Positions 33,601-47,787 of a DNA stretch of 64,000 nt are shown piece after piece. Numbering within the stretch: the first letter of the stretch is position 1; the number at the start of each line of letters is the position of its first letter. A program made the position numbers and the translations under genes. Location: assembly GCA_976551045.1 (NCBI GenBank), contig CDPCPM010000211.1, positions 2,666,001-2,730,000 on the forward strand. Direction: 5' to 3'. This DNA is from Glaucostegus cemiculus. Its lineage: Eukaryota. The notes beneath the pieces are model-generated. The model did no database searches and had not been told where the DNA came from. It saw nothing but the letters and a program-made list of their open reading frames with translations.

Positions 33601-36420
33601 AACTGGACTGTTGTCTAAGGTTACAACAGGCAATGGATCAAGTGGGAAAGTAAATGACAGAGTGAAGAGTTGCATTTTAGGAAGTTAAACCACGGCAGGA
33701 GGGACACAGTGAATGGCAGGGTCCTGGGCAGTGTTGCTGAGCACAGAGATTTTGTGTGTTCCTGCATCCACCACCTCGTCTGGAAGCTTAATCCAGGTAC
33801 TAACTGTTCTCTATGTGAAAGAATTTCCCCTCAGATCCCCTGTAGAGCTTCTGCCTGTCACCTGAAAGCTACTCCTAATTTTACTCACCCCTACCATGGG
33901 AAACAGACTCTGGCCATCTACCCTGTCTCTGTCTCATATAATATTATCTCCCTCTATCATGTCACCTCTCAGCCTCCTTTAATTCAGGGAAGCAGACCCA
34001 GCCTATCCAATGTATCCTTATAGCTCAAGCCCTCTAGTCGAGGTATCATCATTTCTGAACCATCTCCGGCTTAATCACATCATTCCTGTAGTGTGGTGAC
34101 CAGAACTGTACATGTTCTCAAAGTATGGCCTGACCAACGTTTTGTACAGCTGTAACATGATGTCCCAACTCTTGCACTAAATGGTTCAGCAGATGAGGAC
34201 AAGCGTTCCTTACGCCTTGTTCAGGATTCTGTCTGCCTGTGTTGCCACTTTTAGGAAACTGTTTAACTATGCTTGAGGCATCTGTAATGGTTCCTCAATG
34301 AGCAGGGCAGAGAGGGATGTGGAATTAAAGCTGGCAGGTGGATTAGTATAGACAGGTATTGTGGTCGGCAGAGATGTAGTGGGCCGAAGGTCCTGTTCCT
34401 GTGTTGTGCAACTGTGACACCCCACCACTTTTGCAGTGAATTTGGCTGCCTGGACCTCAGCTCTGAGCTTGTCTCACTGAAACCCTTTGTCCTCTGAGAT
34501 GATACTTGGACCTTTCCACTGTGACCGGGCCGTCAGCCGTCTCTCCTCACGTCACCCACAGTGATTCCCCAATTTCCCACAGAAAGGTAGTGTTATTGAT
34601 GTATCTGGTGTCACACACTCGAAGATGGGGGACGGGGGAGTTTGGTGCCCCACAGTAGGGAGGTGGTTCATTATTTGCCCCTCCGTTCCCTGGTCCAACA
34701 GAAACCCCTACACCTGGGTTCTGAATGTTCTGGGTGTGTCCGGCCTGAAGTGCTAATTTCCATCTTCCCACTGCACTCTCACACTCACAGGTTGATACAC
34801 CAGAGAAACAGGATCTTCGGCCCATCGTGTCCGTTCCGACCACCGGGAATCTCCTTCCGCTGATTCAGCACTGGGTCTGTCATCTACTGTGCTTTGGTGA
34901 TTCCAGTCTCATACCTATGGTCCTTAGTTTTCTGCCTTGCACCACCCCCTCAGGCAGTGTGTTCCGGGTTGTAACCTCCCTCTAGGGGAGAGAAGAAATT
35001 CTTCCTCCGGCCTCTCTTTAATGCTCTGCCACTTGACTTACATACTTCTGCCACAGGGAAATATTTCTTACTGTGTACATTTTCTAGACCTTTCATAAAC
35101 TTTACTGTATTGTTGTTGCAAAACAATTTTCATGTAATACAAGTTAGTGACAATAACTCTGTTTCTAATTCTGACCTGTATCTCTCCGTAGGGTCCCCTT
35201 TAGCCTCCTCTGATCCAAGTAAACACACCCATCCGATCCCGTCTCTCTCCATAACTGGATCATTCCACTCAAGGCAATATCCTTGTGAACCTCCTCTCCA
35301 GTGCAGTCACATCCTGCCTGTAGTATGGGATCAGAAGTCTGCACACTCTTCCAGATGTCGTTTAACTAAGGTTTTAAAGAAATTCTCCGGAAACTTGCAC
35401 TTAATGACCCAGCTCGTGCTGCCACCTTCAGGGATCTTTGTACTTGCATATCAGTGTCCCTTTAATTCTGGATTCTCCCCTGGGCCCTCAGTTCACTGCA
35501 CGTCCGACCATCATTTAACTCACCAAACTTCTTCATGTCTCAGTTATCAGGACTAACTTCCATCTGGCATTGCCCTGGTCAACTTACCATGGGCCTCTTA
35601 TCATTTTTTAATCTATGATTACACTCAAACCCTCCAATTTCTGCGGCATCTGCAAACTAGTAATCATAACCCCATTCAGTGATAAGTTGTTCATGTAGAT
35701 GGCAAACAGCAGAGCCCCAGCACCGATCCCTGTGGTACACCACTGGTCACAGGCTTCCAATCATAAATGCCACCCTCCACCATCACCTATGTCTCCTGTT
35801 ACCGAGCCATATTGGATCCGTGGCTCTAACCTGTTGGAGAGCCTTCCATGTGGGACCTTGTCAAAGGCCTTACTAAGTTCTGTGTAACCCACATCATCCA
35901 CCCTACTGTCATCAATATATTCATTTACCTCTTCTACAAGATGAATGAAAATAGTCACACAGGATTTCCCAGCAACCAATACGAACGGATCATCCCTGAT
36001 CAATCCATGCCATTCCAAATACAGACTGTTCCTGTTTCTCAAAGATTATTTTTAATTATTTCCAACTACAAATATTGGACTCAACGGCCTTTAATTATCT
36101 GGCTTATCCCTGCTCCCTTTTCTGAATAAATATCCAATATTTGCTGTCCTCCAGTCATGTAACACCACTCCTGTGACCAATGAAGATATGAATATCTCCG
36201 TCAGGGCCGTAACAATCTCCTCTTTTGTCTCCCACAGTAGCCTGGGATACATCTCCTCAATCCCTGGGATTTATCCACCTTTATCCCTGCTGAGACATCT
36301 AATATCTCCTTTTTTAATCTTAATGTGCTTCAGAATGTCACTGTCCCAACTGAATCCTCCAACCACAATGTCTTTCTCCTCAGTGAACACAGATGAGAAC
36401 AATTCATTTCAGACCTTGCC
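30600..36420. mobile_element. Mosaic of decayed CR1 fragments in both orientations
   Basis: Examples: QGLMLQIYKAPVRQHLGHCLQF (+), RPLVQCWAHYLRKGV (-), ELSKAFDKVPHGRL (-). Confidence 0.75.
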
Positions 36421-36422
36421 CA

Positions 36423-37029
36423 TGTCGTGGATTAAACTGAGATTCGAGATTGACCAGGAGACGCAGAAGATTCGTCAAGAAGTTAAACCATTATTTGCAA
36501 ACAAAGGCTGTGACGCTCAGGGAACCAGTCACTGAATGCGCCCCTGAACAAAGGCTTACAGCTCTTTTTATGGAACCTTCCTAATCCATTTGGCATAATC
36601 AATCAAATCACTTTCAGCTGCACAGTGACATCTAATTGCAGAGTCCCCATTCCTCAACCTACTACATTCCTCTAATTATTTTCACAAGTGCTCCTCTAAT
36701 ATACTCACACCATGCTTGTACCTCGCTACAGTTATCTTCCAGTCTAATTACTACATGCAGTTACTACATGCCTTTGTACCATCATCAGCACCAGGCACTT
36801 CCCTAATTACAATATATCTTCCCTATCCTAATTACAACATACTCTAGTTATTTTTGCAGTTCAAACATCGGTACCAGGCACAGCGTCACGATTAGATCAC
36901 CATGCTTAATCACCCACTAATTCCATTCCCTGAGATATAGAAGGAGCCAGCGCCACTTTGGGCACAGAAAAGATTATGAATAAACATGCGGGCTGCCTCT
37001 ATTTTCTGTGTACTCCATATTCTGAAACA
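36423..37029 (-). repeat. 3' LTR (inner boundary approximate)
   Basis: Starts TGTCGTGGATTAAACTGAGATTCGAGATTGACC, colinear with the sequence from 47788. Confidence 0.85.
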
Positions 37030-37199
37030 CAGAGGGAATTCGAACGGCACGGCAGCTAAAGACTAACGCCAATCATCCCCAAAACGGGAATAATATACTT
37101 CTCATGCACAAGCCCCATGAAGTCACTCACTATTTCCTGCCAAAGGACCAAAAACCGGTCACTCTATAACGGAGCCGGATGAAAAAGACCCCGAGGCCC

Positions 37200-38130
37200 T
37201 CACAGAATACTTCTAACATAGGCATAGTTATCTTCTACCGTGTTATCATAATCATTGGGCACATCGCTACGACTCAGATCATAGACATATATCGTCACGA
37301 CTTCCTTCTTTGAGGATTTCGTCTCAGCCAGTACCAGAAGCATCGGAAACCATTTCGCAGTGGCCGGAACTAAATGGGACTGAAAACATGGCAGGAAACA
37401 ACACAACACAGTTGTGAAAATAAACAGCGCAGTACCGACAACAATTGCAATTTTAGTTAGCCAGGCCCCTCAACCGCTTAATTTACGCTCCAGCCAATCA
37501 AAGAATTGATATCCAAACCCCGCATTCTGTCTGACCTCTTTCCTCAATTATTTTCAGTTTATCCATCCCCTTCGCAAAGGATCCCTCAGGGCTGGTGTTA
37601 TTTGGTATAATGGTACAACAATGTTCTCTGAACCACCTCTTCTTTCTGCCAGTCGCCAGTCTAACGCTTGTCTATTCCGCCATGCCATTTTACTGGTTGC
37701 ATCCAATTGCCCTCCTAATGCGGAGAGGGCATCATCACTGACGTTGATAAAGCGCTGTTGATTATAATAAAGATAGTTTATCTTTTCCGTGTTTTTACTG
37801 TTCCCAATAGCAGGAATTATCGATTCTCATCCAGCCGCAATCTCGTTCCTTGCCTTAAATTAATTGGGAATACCCCTCGGCTGACCTATAAGAGTCGTAA
37901 TTCCTTTCCTAACGTTATTTCGTGCACACATCTCACATTGCGACAAGATGTGATCTACCAAAGGCTAAGTAGGTGACAAGAAACCACCCTTTTTTTAAAA
38001 AATCTTTGTCATCACTTCCCCCCCCTTGCACAATGGTACAGCCCATGTGCCTCTGAAATGAGGATCGTCAGAAAAGGGGTGGGTGAGATCAACAAACTGT
38101 CATACGTGCTCCATAAGCCTTGCTGGTTCC
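37200..38130 (-). pseudogene. env: ERV env remnant (end of SU plus TM)
   Basis: GQPRGIPN*FKARNEIAAG...KINYLYYNQQRFINVSDDALSALGGQLDATSKMAWRNRQALDWRLAERRGG (ISD-like), CC, then hydrophobic WLTKIAIVVGTALFIFTTVLCCFLPC. Confidence 0.85.
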
Positions 38131-38132
38131 AC

Positions 38133-41100
38133 TTACCATAGAACTATAGAACAATACAGCACAAAACAGGCCCTTCGGCCCACCAAGTTGTGCCGTCCTT
38201 CAAACGTCTCACAATCTAAATCTTTCCTCCCCCATATCCTACTATTCCACATTCTTCCATGTGCTTATCTAACAATCTCTTGAACCGGCCCAATGTATCT
38301 GCCTCTACTACCACTCCAGACAGCGCATTCCATGCGCCAACCACTCTCTGGGTGAAAACAACTTCCCTCTGAGATCTCCCCTAAACTTTCCACACAATAT
38401 CTTAAAGCCATGCCCTCTCGTCTTGTGCATTTGTGATCTGGGAAAGAGGTGCTGGCTGTCAACTCTATCTATTCCTCTCAATATCTTATACACCTCCATT
38501 ATGTCTTCTCTTATCCTCCTCCCCTCCAACGAGTACAGCCCTAGCACCTTAAGCCTCTCCTCATATTCCATACCCTCTAATCCAGGCATAATACTGGTAA
38601 ATCCCTCTGTACCCTCTCCAACGCCTCCACATCCTTCCTATAATGCGGCGACCAGAACTGAACACAATATTCTAAGTGCGGCCGAACTAGAGTTTTGTAA
38701 AGCAGCATCATCACCTCTCTGCTCTTGAACTCAATCCCACGATTTATAAAAGCTAACATCCCATAAGCCTTCTTAACTGCCCTATCCACCTGCGAGGCAA
38801 CTTTGAGTGAACTGTGGATGTGAAGCCCCAGATCCCTCTGCTCCTCTACATTGCCCAGTACCTTGCCATTTACCTCATACTCTGCCCTGGAGTTCGTCCT
38901 ACCAAAGTGCACCACCTCACACTTCTCCGGATTAAACTCCATCTGACACCTGTCCACCCAGTTCTGCATCCTATCAATATCCCTCTGTGAGCTCCGACAG
39001 ACCTCCACGAGATCCACCACACCGCCGCTCTTGGTGTCATCTGTAAACTTACCAACCCATCCTTCCACTCCTTCTTCCAAGTCATCTATAAATATAACAA
39101 AGAATAGAGGTCCCAGAACCGATCACTGCGGGACTCCACTAGTCACAGCCCTCCAATCCGAGGGCACTCCCTCCACTACAACCCTCTGCTTTCTACAGGC
39201 AAGCCAATTCCTGATCCACATAGCCAAACTCCCCTGGATGCCTCGACCTCTGACCTTCTGAAGAAGCCTGCCATGAGGAACTTATCGAAAGCCTTACCAA
39301 AATTCATATAGGCCACATCCACCGCACCGCCCTCATCAAGCTCCCTCGTCACCTCGTCAAAGAATTCGATCAGGCTCGTGAGGCAAGATTTTCCCTTCAC
39401 AAAGCCATGCTGACTGTCCCTAATTAGTCTATGACTCTCCAGGTGTTCATAGATCCTATCCCTCAGAATCCTTTCTAACAGCTTACCCACCACAGACGTG
39501 AGACTCACCGGTCTGTAATTTCCCGGACTATCCCTACTACCTTTTCTAAACAAGGGAACAACATCCGCTTCCCGCCAATCCTCTGGCACCATCCCCGTGG
39601 ACAACGAGGACTCAAAGATCCTCACCAGCGGACCAACAATCTCCTCCCTCGCCTCTCGAAGCAGCCTGATGAATATTCCGTCAGGGCCCGGAGACTTATC
39701 CGTCTTGATATTATTTAATAATTTCAACACCTCCCTCTCGATAGCTGCATACTCAAGAACATTATCCTTACCAGCACTCTCTGTCGCATCATCCAGACCC
39801 TTCTCCTTGGTGAATACGGAAGAGAAGCATTCATTCAGTACCTCCGCTACTTCTGCAGCCTCCAGGCACATCCTCCAACCTTTATCCTTAATCGGACCTA
39901 CCATCACCCTAGCCATCCTTCTGCCCTTCACATACGAGAAAACAGCCTTGGGATTTTACTTAACCCTACTAGTAAACATCTTTTCATGTCCCCTTGTAGC
40001 TATCCTCAGACTTAAGAAAAGTTCCTTCCACACTATACTATATTCCTCACCTGCCACGTCCGAGCCTTGCTGATTACACCTTACGTAAGCCGCCCTCTTC
40101 CTCCTAACCAAACGTTCCACCTCTCTCGTCACCCACGGTTCCTTCACCCTATCATTCCTCCTGTGTCTCGCCGGGACATATTTATCCCTAACATCCTGTA
40201 AAAGATCCCTGAACATCGTCCACATCTCCACAGTACACTTCCCCTCAAAAAGGACTTCATAATTTACACTCCCAAGTTCTCTCCTTATAGTCTGCACTTC
40301 CCCAAGTAAATATATCCCTGTCCTCTCTGCACCTATCCTTGTCCATGACAATTCTAAAGCTTATCGAGCAATGATCACTGTCCCCCAAATGCTCACCCAC
40401 CAGTAGATCCCTGACCTGTCCCGGTTCATTTCCTAAAACCAGATCCAACACCGCATTCCCTCTAGTCGGCCTGTCAACATACTGCATCAGGAATCCATCC
40501 TGGACACACTTAACAAACTCGTTCCCATCTAAACCTTTGGCACTGAGCATATCCCAGTCTATATTCGGGAAGTTGAAATCCCCCATTATCACAATCCTAT
40601 TACTTTTGCTTCTGACCAAACACTGCCTGCCAATCTGCTCCTCTATATCTCTACTGCTACCGGGGGGCCTATAGTATACTCCCAGCAGCGTAACCGCATT
40701 TTTCCTGTTCCTCACTTCCACCCATACCGACGCTAGAGAGGATCCTTCCGCAAAATTTCTGCAGCCGTAACATCGTCCCTGACCAATATCGCCACCCCTC
40801 CTCCTCTTCTCCCCCTTCCCTATCCCTTTTAAAACACTGAAAACCAAGAATGTCCAATATCTCCTCCTGTCCTGACGACAGCAACGTGTCAGTTATAGCT
40901 GCAATATCATAGTCTCCCATACTTATCCAAGCTCTCAATTCATCTCCCTTATTCCTGACGCTTCCCGCATTAAAGTTAACACACTTTAGTCCATCCAATT
41001 TACCATTTCTGTAGCCTGTACCCTGCCTCTCCTTCCCAAAGCCTCTCTAACTGCTCGATCCAACTCTTCTCCATCACTTTCTTCCTCTGACCTACTCCTC

Positions 41101-42175
41101 CGGTTCCCAACCCCCTCACAAATTAGTTTAAACCCTCCGCAACCACTGTAGTAAACCTAACAGCAAAGATATTGGCCCCCTTCTAGTTCGGGTGTAACCC
41201 GTCCTGTCTGTACAGGTCCCACCTTCCCGAGAAGAGATCCCAATGATCCAGAAATCTAAAACCCTCCCTGCTGCACCAACTTCTCAGCCACGCATTTATC
41301 TGCCAGCTCCTTATGTCCCTGCCTTCACTATCGCGTGGCACCGGCAGCAATCCCGAGATCACTACCCTCGAGGTACTGTTCCTGTCTTCTGCCTAGTTCC
41401 ATAAAGTCTCTCTTCAGGACGTCATCCCCCTACCTACCTATGTCGTTGGTGCCAACATGATCCGCGACTCCTGGCTGCTTCCCCTCCCACTCAAGAATCT
41501 TGTGGACCCGAGCAGTGACATCCTGGACCCTGGCACCCGGGAGGCAACATACCATCCGGGATTCATGCTCGCTGCCACAGAACCTTCTATCTGTCTCCCT
41601 GGCTATAGAATCCCCTATCACCACTATATGTCGCATTTCCACTCTTTCCGCCTAAGCATCAGTACCAGTCCCAGTGCCAGAGACCCAGTTACTGCAGCTA
41701 GGCTCCTGCAGGTCAATCCCCTCAACAGTCTCCAAGGCGGAAAACCTGCTACTGAGAGGAACAGCATGTAGGGGGTCCCTGCTCTGTATGCTTTTCTTAC
41801 TTTTTCTTCCTCTTCCCTCCCCTGACAGTCACCATTCTATCTGACACCTGGACTCCAGAATTACCTGCTTTAAGGGGGGTGACTGTCTCCTGATGAACGT
41901 GTCTACATAGCTCTCTCCCTCCCGTATGCTGCGCAGTGTCTGTAGCTGCTACTCCAGCTCGTTAACTCTGAGCCGAAGTTCGTCCAACCTCACACACTTT
42001 CTGCAGATGCAGTCAGTCTGGACTGCAGTACGGGCCACGAGCTCCCACATCAAACAGCTGCAGCATACGAGCCTGTCCTCCACCTGAATTCCCATTTTTC
42101 ACTGGCTAACCAGACCGACCAACTATAATAGATATTTAGCTTATAATAGATAGATAAAACTATAATAGATAGCTT
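38133..42175 (-). mobile_element. Near full-length CR1 LINE nested in the ERV (ORF1 zinc finger/coiled-coil + SGNH esterase; ORF2 APE + RT)
   Basis: ORF1 ATG at 42095: MGIQVEDRLVCCSCLMWE...CICRKC; VVIGDSI...HVGTNDIGR; ORF2 GVYYRPP, MGDFNFP, LGDSDH, NYRPVSLTS, FTDDTK; 3' TTCTATRG octamer tail. Confidence 0.92.
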
Positions 42176-45100
42176 AGCTCCACTTTGTCTCCACATTGTT
42201 TGTTCTGCTAGAGTTGTCTTTACTTGCATTTCAATTATGTCCTCCATTACGGGTTCTGGACTCAGAGTCACTTCAGCTGCAATAACAGTCAAACGACATC
42301 CAGAGGCTTTCCTGGCTGCTTCATCCACAGCCTGATTTCCCTTTGTCACCATGTCATTTCCCTTCTTATGCTCCTGGTACTTTAGAACAGCCAACGCTCT
42401 AAGTTTCATCATTGCTGTTATCAAATCTAAACTTTGCTGACAATGTTTTATAGGGTCTCCATTGCCTTTCTTGAAACCCCTTTGTTTCCATACCGCTCCA
42501 GACAAATGAAATACTCCATGAGCATATGCTGAATTCGTTTAGATATCAACTTTCTCACCCTCCATCATCTCACATGCTGCTGTCAGAGCCTTAATCTCTG
42601 CTAACTGGGCTGGACAGGGTTGTGGACAAGCTTCCAGCCTAATTGCGTTAAAGTGAGACTGATCCTGTTGCGCCACTGAGAATCCTGCGTGGTTTCATCA
42701 TGGTCCCTGGAGCAGGAGCCATCCACAAACAAAATCTTTTAACGTACATCATCCAACGGTTCTGATTGTAAGTCCATTCTTCATTTAGCAAACATCATCG
42801 TCTCCCTTACACATTCATGAGGCTCTCCTTCATATCCCAGTGGAATATAATCAGCAATATTAATTGTGGTACACCGTTGTTATGTCTGGAAATGTCAATA
42901 ACATCTGAAACGCAACTATCCTGGCTGGCGTCAGTACAAAATTTCACTTTCCCAATAATTCTGCTACCTTATGATGTGTGTAGAGAATGACAGGATAACC
43001 CATGGTCACAAATGATGATTTCTCATAAACATAGTGCAATGTTGCCAGTCCCTGATAATAAGGCGGATATCCCTGTGCCACCTCATCCAGTCTCGCACTG
43101 CAGTATGTTATCGGTTGTTTTGTTCTTCCTATATTCGTTTCTTGTGTCAATACTGCTGCAGCACAACCTGCCTGTCTTTTAGACACAGAATGGTGAAAGA
43201 CCTTTTCATAATTAGGCAAGGCTGGTGCTGGGTCTGACTGTAATTCCTGCTTAAGACTGTTGAAGGCTATTTCTGCATCCTCATTCCACTGCAAAACATT
43301 CTTCAGGTCTGTATGCCTAGCTTCTTTCATCATTGTCCCCAATGGTGTCACAATTTCAGCATATTCTTCAATCCAGTCTGAACTATATCCTACCATCCCC
43401 AAACATGTCATCATCTGTCCTACTGTCTGAGGCTTAGGAGCCTTATTTATTGCCTCAATTTGATCCGGCTCAATCGACTTTAATCTCTTAGATATTAATC
43501 TACCCAAAAATTCTAATTACCTTTTACAATACTGAATCTTCTTTCTGGATACTTTATGACTTCCATATTTCAGTCTTTCCAACAAGGCCAAGGTATCCCG
43601 CTCACACTGTTCCTCGCTTTCGGAGCAGACTAAAAAATCATCTACATGCGTGTACTTTCCAGTGGAATACCCTTCCGGTCTGCCTTCAATGGTTAAAAAT
43701 ATGCCGTGAATGCTTAAATCTCTGCGTCATCCTAGTATAAGTATACTGGCTACCTCTATAACTGAAAGCAAACAAATAGTGACACTGCTTTACCAGGGGA
43801 ATGCTGAAAAAAAAGCAGAACACAAATCAGTTACCGAAAAACAAACTGCCTCCGGTGGAATATTAGTCAACAACATATGCGAGTTTGGGAATACAGCTGT
43901 CCAATCATCCCCTATCTCATTCACTGCTCGCAAATCATGTACCAATCTCCATTTGGACATCTGCTTTCAGGACAGGTAACATTGGACTATTACAGGGGCT
44001 ACTCATCTTCTCAAGCATTCTTAACTCAAGAATCCATGTATTGCTAGCGCTATTCCATCTTCTGCTTCCGGTTTCAGTGATATTGTGATCTCTTAGTTGG
44101 AATCACTCCCTCTTTAAATTTTATTTCCACTGGGCTCGCAGATCTTACTCTTCCTGCATCTGTATCGTGTTGCGACCATAAAATGGCTGGCAGTAATTCC
44201 AGTCTTTTATCCTTCGCTGGGCCTCTTCTTCTACTAATAGTGTCATATATCGTTGTGGGGTTACTTCGATCTCCTTGGGACTTACTACCATTTCTATAAC
44301 TATACTATCTTAATATAGTCACTGTCCCCAGACTTCCAGACTCTTGGTGTCACTGTCTGCCAATCAATAATTGTTCCCACGTGGCTCACCATCGGCTATA
44401 AATCTTTGGACTGGTATCCCTCATTTACTAACAATGTTACATGGGGTGCAGCTCCTGGCACCCTGAACCATTTTTTCGTGAAAGGCATTTGCTTTTATTT
44501 TTAAGGCTTCTGCCTGTCTCCCTATTATTATTATTGCGTCACCTTTTAAATGCTGCGGGGTATTTACTTCATTGCGCTGTTGCCTCTCTATTTCTTTACG
44601 ACGAGTCTCATCAGCAATCACTGTACAATGCAATTCAGTCTTAGGCGGATTAGCTTTAGGGAGTATTGCCAGAAAGCACTTTTCCCACTTTTTCCATGTT
44701 TTCCAGACCTGATCATCTTTGCCTCCTATCCAACACACATTCGCCCCTCTAGCTTACTGCACCCCAATTGAGTGCTTATTTTTCCCACGCTTCACCCCTC
44801 TGGAGTGCATACCAAATTCGATCCCAGTTTTAACACTGCGCCTCAGCCCAGCAAATTGATCGGGGTTCCTTTAAACACTAGAACCGGTAAGACTATTTCA
44901 TTGCTTCCCATCCTTAAAGTCAGTGGAGCTGTAAATCGTGTTGACTGTGCCATTCCCAGGAACCCTACAGTTTAAATAATTTTTTGCTGACATGGGAAGT
45001 TGGGAGGCGTATTGTGGTTGTACACAAGTGTACGTGGATCCAGTATCTACCATCATCGGTGTTAATTATTCTTCTAAGATAATCTGAACAGTAGGTTCCT
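42176..45100 (-). pseudogene. pol: ERV pro-pol remnant (protease, 2H-like insert, RT, RNase H); integrase absent
   Basis: MVDTGSTYTC (approx. 45030-45055), WRLVHDLRAVNE, DLCSAFFS, HVDDFLVC, APKPQTVGQMMTCLGMVGY, FVDGS, AQLAEIKAL, GNQAVDEAARKA. Confidence 0.88.
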
Positions 45101-45149
45101 CTTCTGCCTCCCGTGTTATCATTGGTACAGTCCCTTACCACCTGGGTTC

Positions 45150-47120
45150 TCCGGGCACCCAACACCTCCCATAGGAGTTCACAGGTCCGGTTGGACCTGT
45201 TGGGAATGGTCCTTGAATACACTGTTGCTCTCTACGCATTGAGTCCTGCTGAAACGTGGCAGGGTTTGTACGGGCAGTCCTTCCTGATGTGCCCTGGCTG
45301 ATTACACCCCCAAACACAATCCTCCTGTCCTCCTTCTACCTGTTTTTTTCACTGGCCCTTTTTGCCCATTACTTCTCTGCCCCCTTCCTTGGGAGTTCCA
45401 GTCCTGTCTGTGCTGTTGCCTAAATTTGTTTTGACCTTGATTTGGTATTTGCGGAAACGCTCCCCCAATAAGTTTATTATTGCAATGGGGCGTTCTGGCC
45501 CTTGTCTGGCGGTATAACAGGCTCTTCCGTAGATTGGCGCTTCGTTCATTTCGGTGGTCGCAATCTGATCAGTTGTTACTGCAACATTTATTTGCCTCTT
45601 TCTCTTTCTTTCTATTTAAGATCCTCAGGCTGCATCTGTGCCAACTTTCTTTGCACCTTCTCCTGGTGCTCAATCAGCCTTTTTCTGCCTTTTTTGAATG
45701 TTCGACTGCATGGACTACGTGGTCCCTGAATCTTCGATAGGGCATTGACGTCAGCCCTACCACCTCCTTATGTTTGGACTTGACCTGGGGAGGTATTGCA
45801 TCAACTATAGCAGTCTGAAACATCGTAGTCATCAACTGGTTGCTTTCCACCTCTTGCTCTGTTTCCAGTCTCCACTTTTTCAACTGGTTTTCTACATAAG
45901 CTGCTGGGTTTTCTGTCTCTCCCAGTGGATCCCCTTCTAGAGCTTTGGGGTCCACTTTAGGTGGGTAACAAATTCGGAGGGCCCGCCATTCCCACTGTCT
46001 ATTTCGGTCAAAACCGTCACCACCAATCATTAGATTGTCAGCCATATTTATTAAACCAGCCGAAATCATCAGTTCTCTCAGTTGTGAGGTTCCCACCACC
46101 TTCACCAGCAGTGCCATTAAGTCACTCATTGTCAATAATCATCCTGTGGTCTCGTGCTCAAAGGCTCTACTCTATTTGCCTGCTACTTCATATATGCTGG
46201 GTAATGCATTTTTAACACTTCCAGGTCCTGGGACGTTCAAGGAATGTACTGCGGCTATCATCCTCCTTTAACAAGTAGGAGGTGTAATCCCACTCTGTCC
46301 CGATCCCTGGCATTCTATTTCATCCTCTGATTCGACACCACTCTCCGATTCTGTCTCTATATGTATTTTCTGCCACGACAGCCTTTTCGGTGTTGTTTTT
46401 CTCCATCGCTTCTCTCTTTGTTCACTCCATAGATTTCTTTCTTCCCCCTTTGACTCGGTGTTGTATTTATGCCATTGGTATATCTCAAAACTCCTTCTGC
46501 AATCTTGTTTCCTGCAGCTTTCTAACTTCTTCCTCCATTTCTACTCTTTGCTTCTACGTTTCCTCCCTCTCCTCCTGTAAATCTTGCCTTTCTTCCTCCA
46601 ACGCTGTTTTTTTCCCTGTGTGTTTTCATACCATTCCACTGCCCGTTCTATCTCCAGCAGTTCTCTCACTACCGGGCATCGTTTCAGGTCCCTTCGTCTA
46701 GATAGGGAGCTCTTTTTATTCTCCTCTTAAATCGGGATATATAGTCGACTCTTCCTCCTCTTTCTCTACAGGGAATTATTTTTCTAACTCTTTGGCGCCC
46801 TGTCTAGTTGCTACTGCATGATATGTTTATTTTTCTCCTTCTATCCTAAAGAGATCCTAAAAGTATCTCTACCTCCTGTTGTCTCTTTTGGTTTCTTGGT
46901 TTTTTTTAGACCTGTTTTTTAATTTTAGCTATTGATCAATTCCTCCATTTCCTCACACCTACTTACGTCAAAAATCTCCCTCTTTTGGTAATTTTGTTAA
47001 TAGCTGTTTGGTTCTATTTCCCCATTTTTTCCGAAATTCTTTCGGTATTTTTCTGAATGCTGGAAACTTGCTTTATATCTCGACCGCAGTTCCTTTCCCT
47101 ACGATGTTATATTTACAAGG
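45150..47120 (-). pseudogene. gag: ERV gag remnant
   Basis: Capsid-like ORF 45674-46135 (ENPAAYVENQLKKWRLET...); Cx2Cx4Hx4C-type knuckle GCNQPGHIRKDCP at approx. 45270-45320. Confidence 0.8.
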
Positions 47121-47765
47121 CCTTTCTCAAAATGTCACAACTCTGTAATCCAGTTATTTCTTATTAGTGTTACAACCTTTCTTATACTACATCTACGTCT
47201 AATCTTAGAATTTTGCTACCCAATCTGCCGGCTTGTGTATTATTTAGTTTTTATTCCCAATCCACTAAAGTACTCTTACCTCTCTTGTTCTGCCCATGCA
47301 AACCACTTCCTAGGGCGGTATCCGCAGAAATTTGCACTCAGAGGACTGTCTGAGCAGACCATCGTCTCACATGAGGCGGTAACCACAGTGGCCCTGTCAG
47401 AGCAGACCTCGCCCTCTGCGACGCGCTAAGCACGGGTACTTCTGTCGCACCACGTGGAATTCCACTCACTCACTTTCTATCGTCTAATCGCTACTCACCC
47501 ACTGAGCAGTTTTCTTGATCAATCCTCTGAGTCTCCTTTAATTGGAATTTTACCAGATTCTTTGGATTGGAGAGACACTTCAACAATCGGTTAACACTTC
47601 TGTGTCCCGGAGACGTCTCACAAACAACAGAGTTGTTAGTCAGAATTAACAGCGTAAACGTTTACTTTCTCTTTTCTGGGTTGTCACCCTTTACTCTGCT
47701 AGACTTTTGGGAAGCTCCGAAGGACAGGGAAGACTTGTCGCTCTTTTCTTATGGATTTCTTTCCG

Positions 47766-47783
47766 ATCCTACCGACTGCGCCA
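47766..47783 (-). promoter_or_regulatory. ERV primer binding site, tRNA-Ser-like
   Basis: Minus strand TGGCGCAGTCGGTAGGAT, 4 nt from the LTR edge; near-complementary to the tRNA-Ser 3' end ATCCTGCCGACTACGCCA (2 mismatches). Confidence 0.75.
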
Positions 47784-47787
47784 GATT

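Noticed and set aside
37200-38130. Domesticated (syncytin-like) env
   Set aside because: Multiple stops and frameshifts, and the 5' part is missing.
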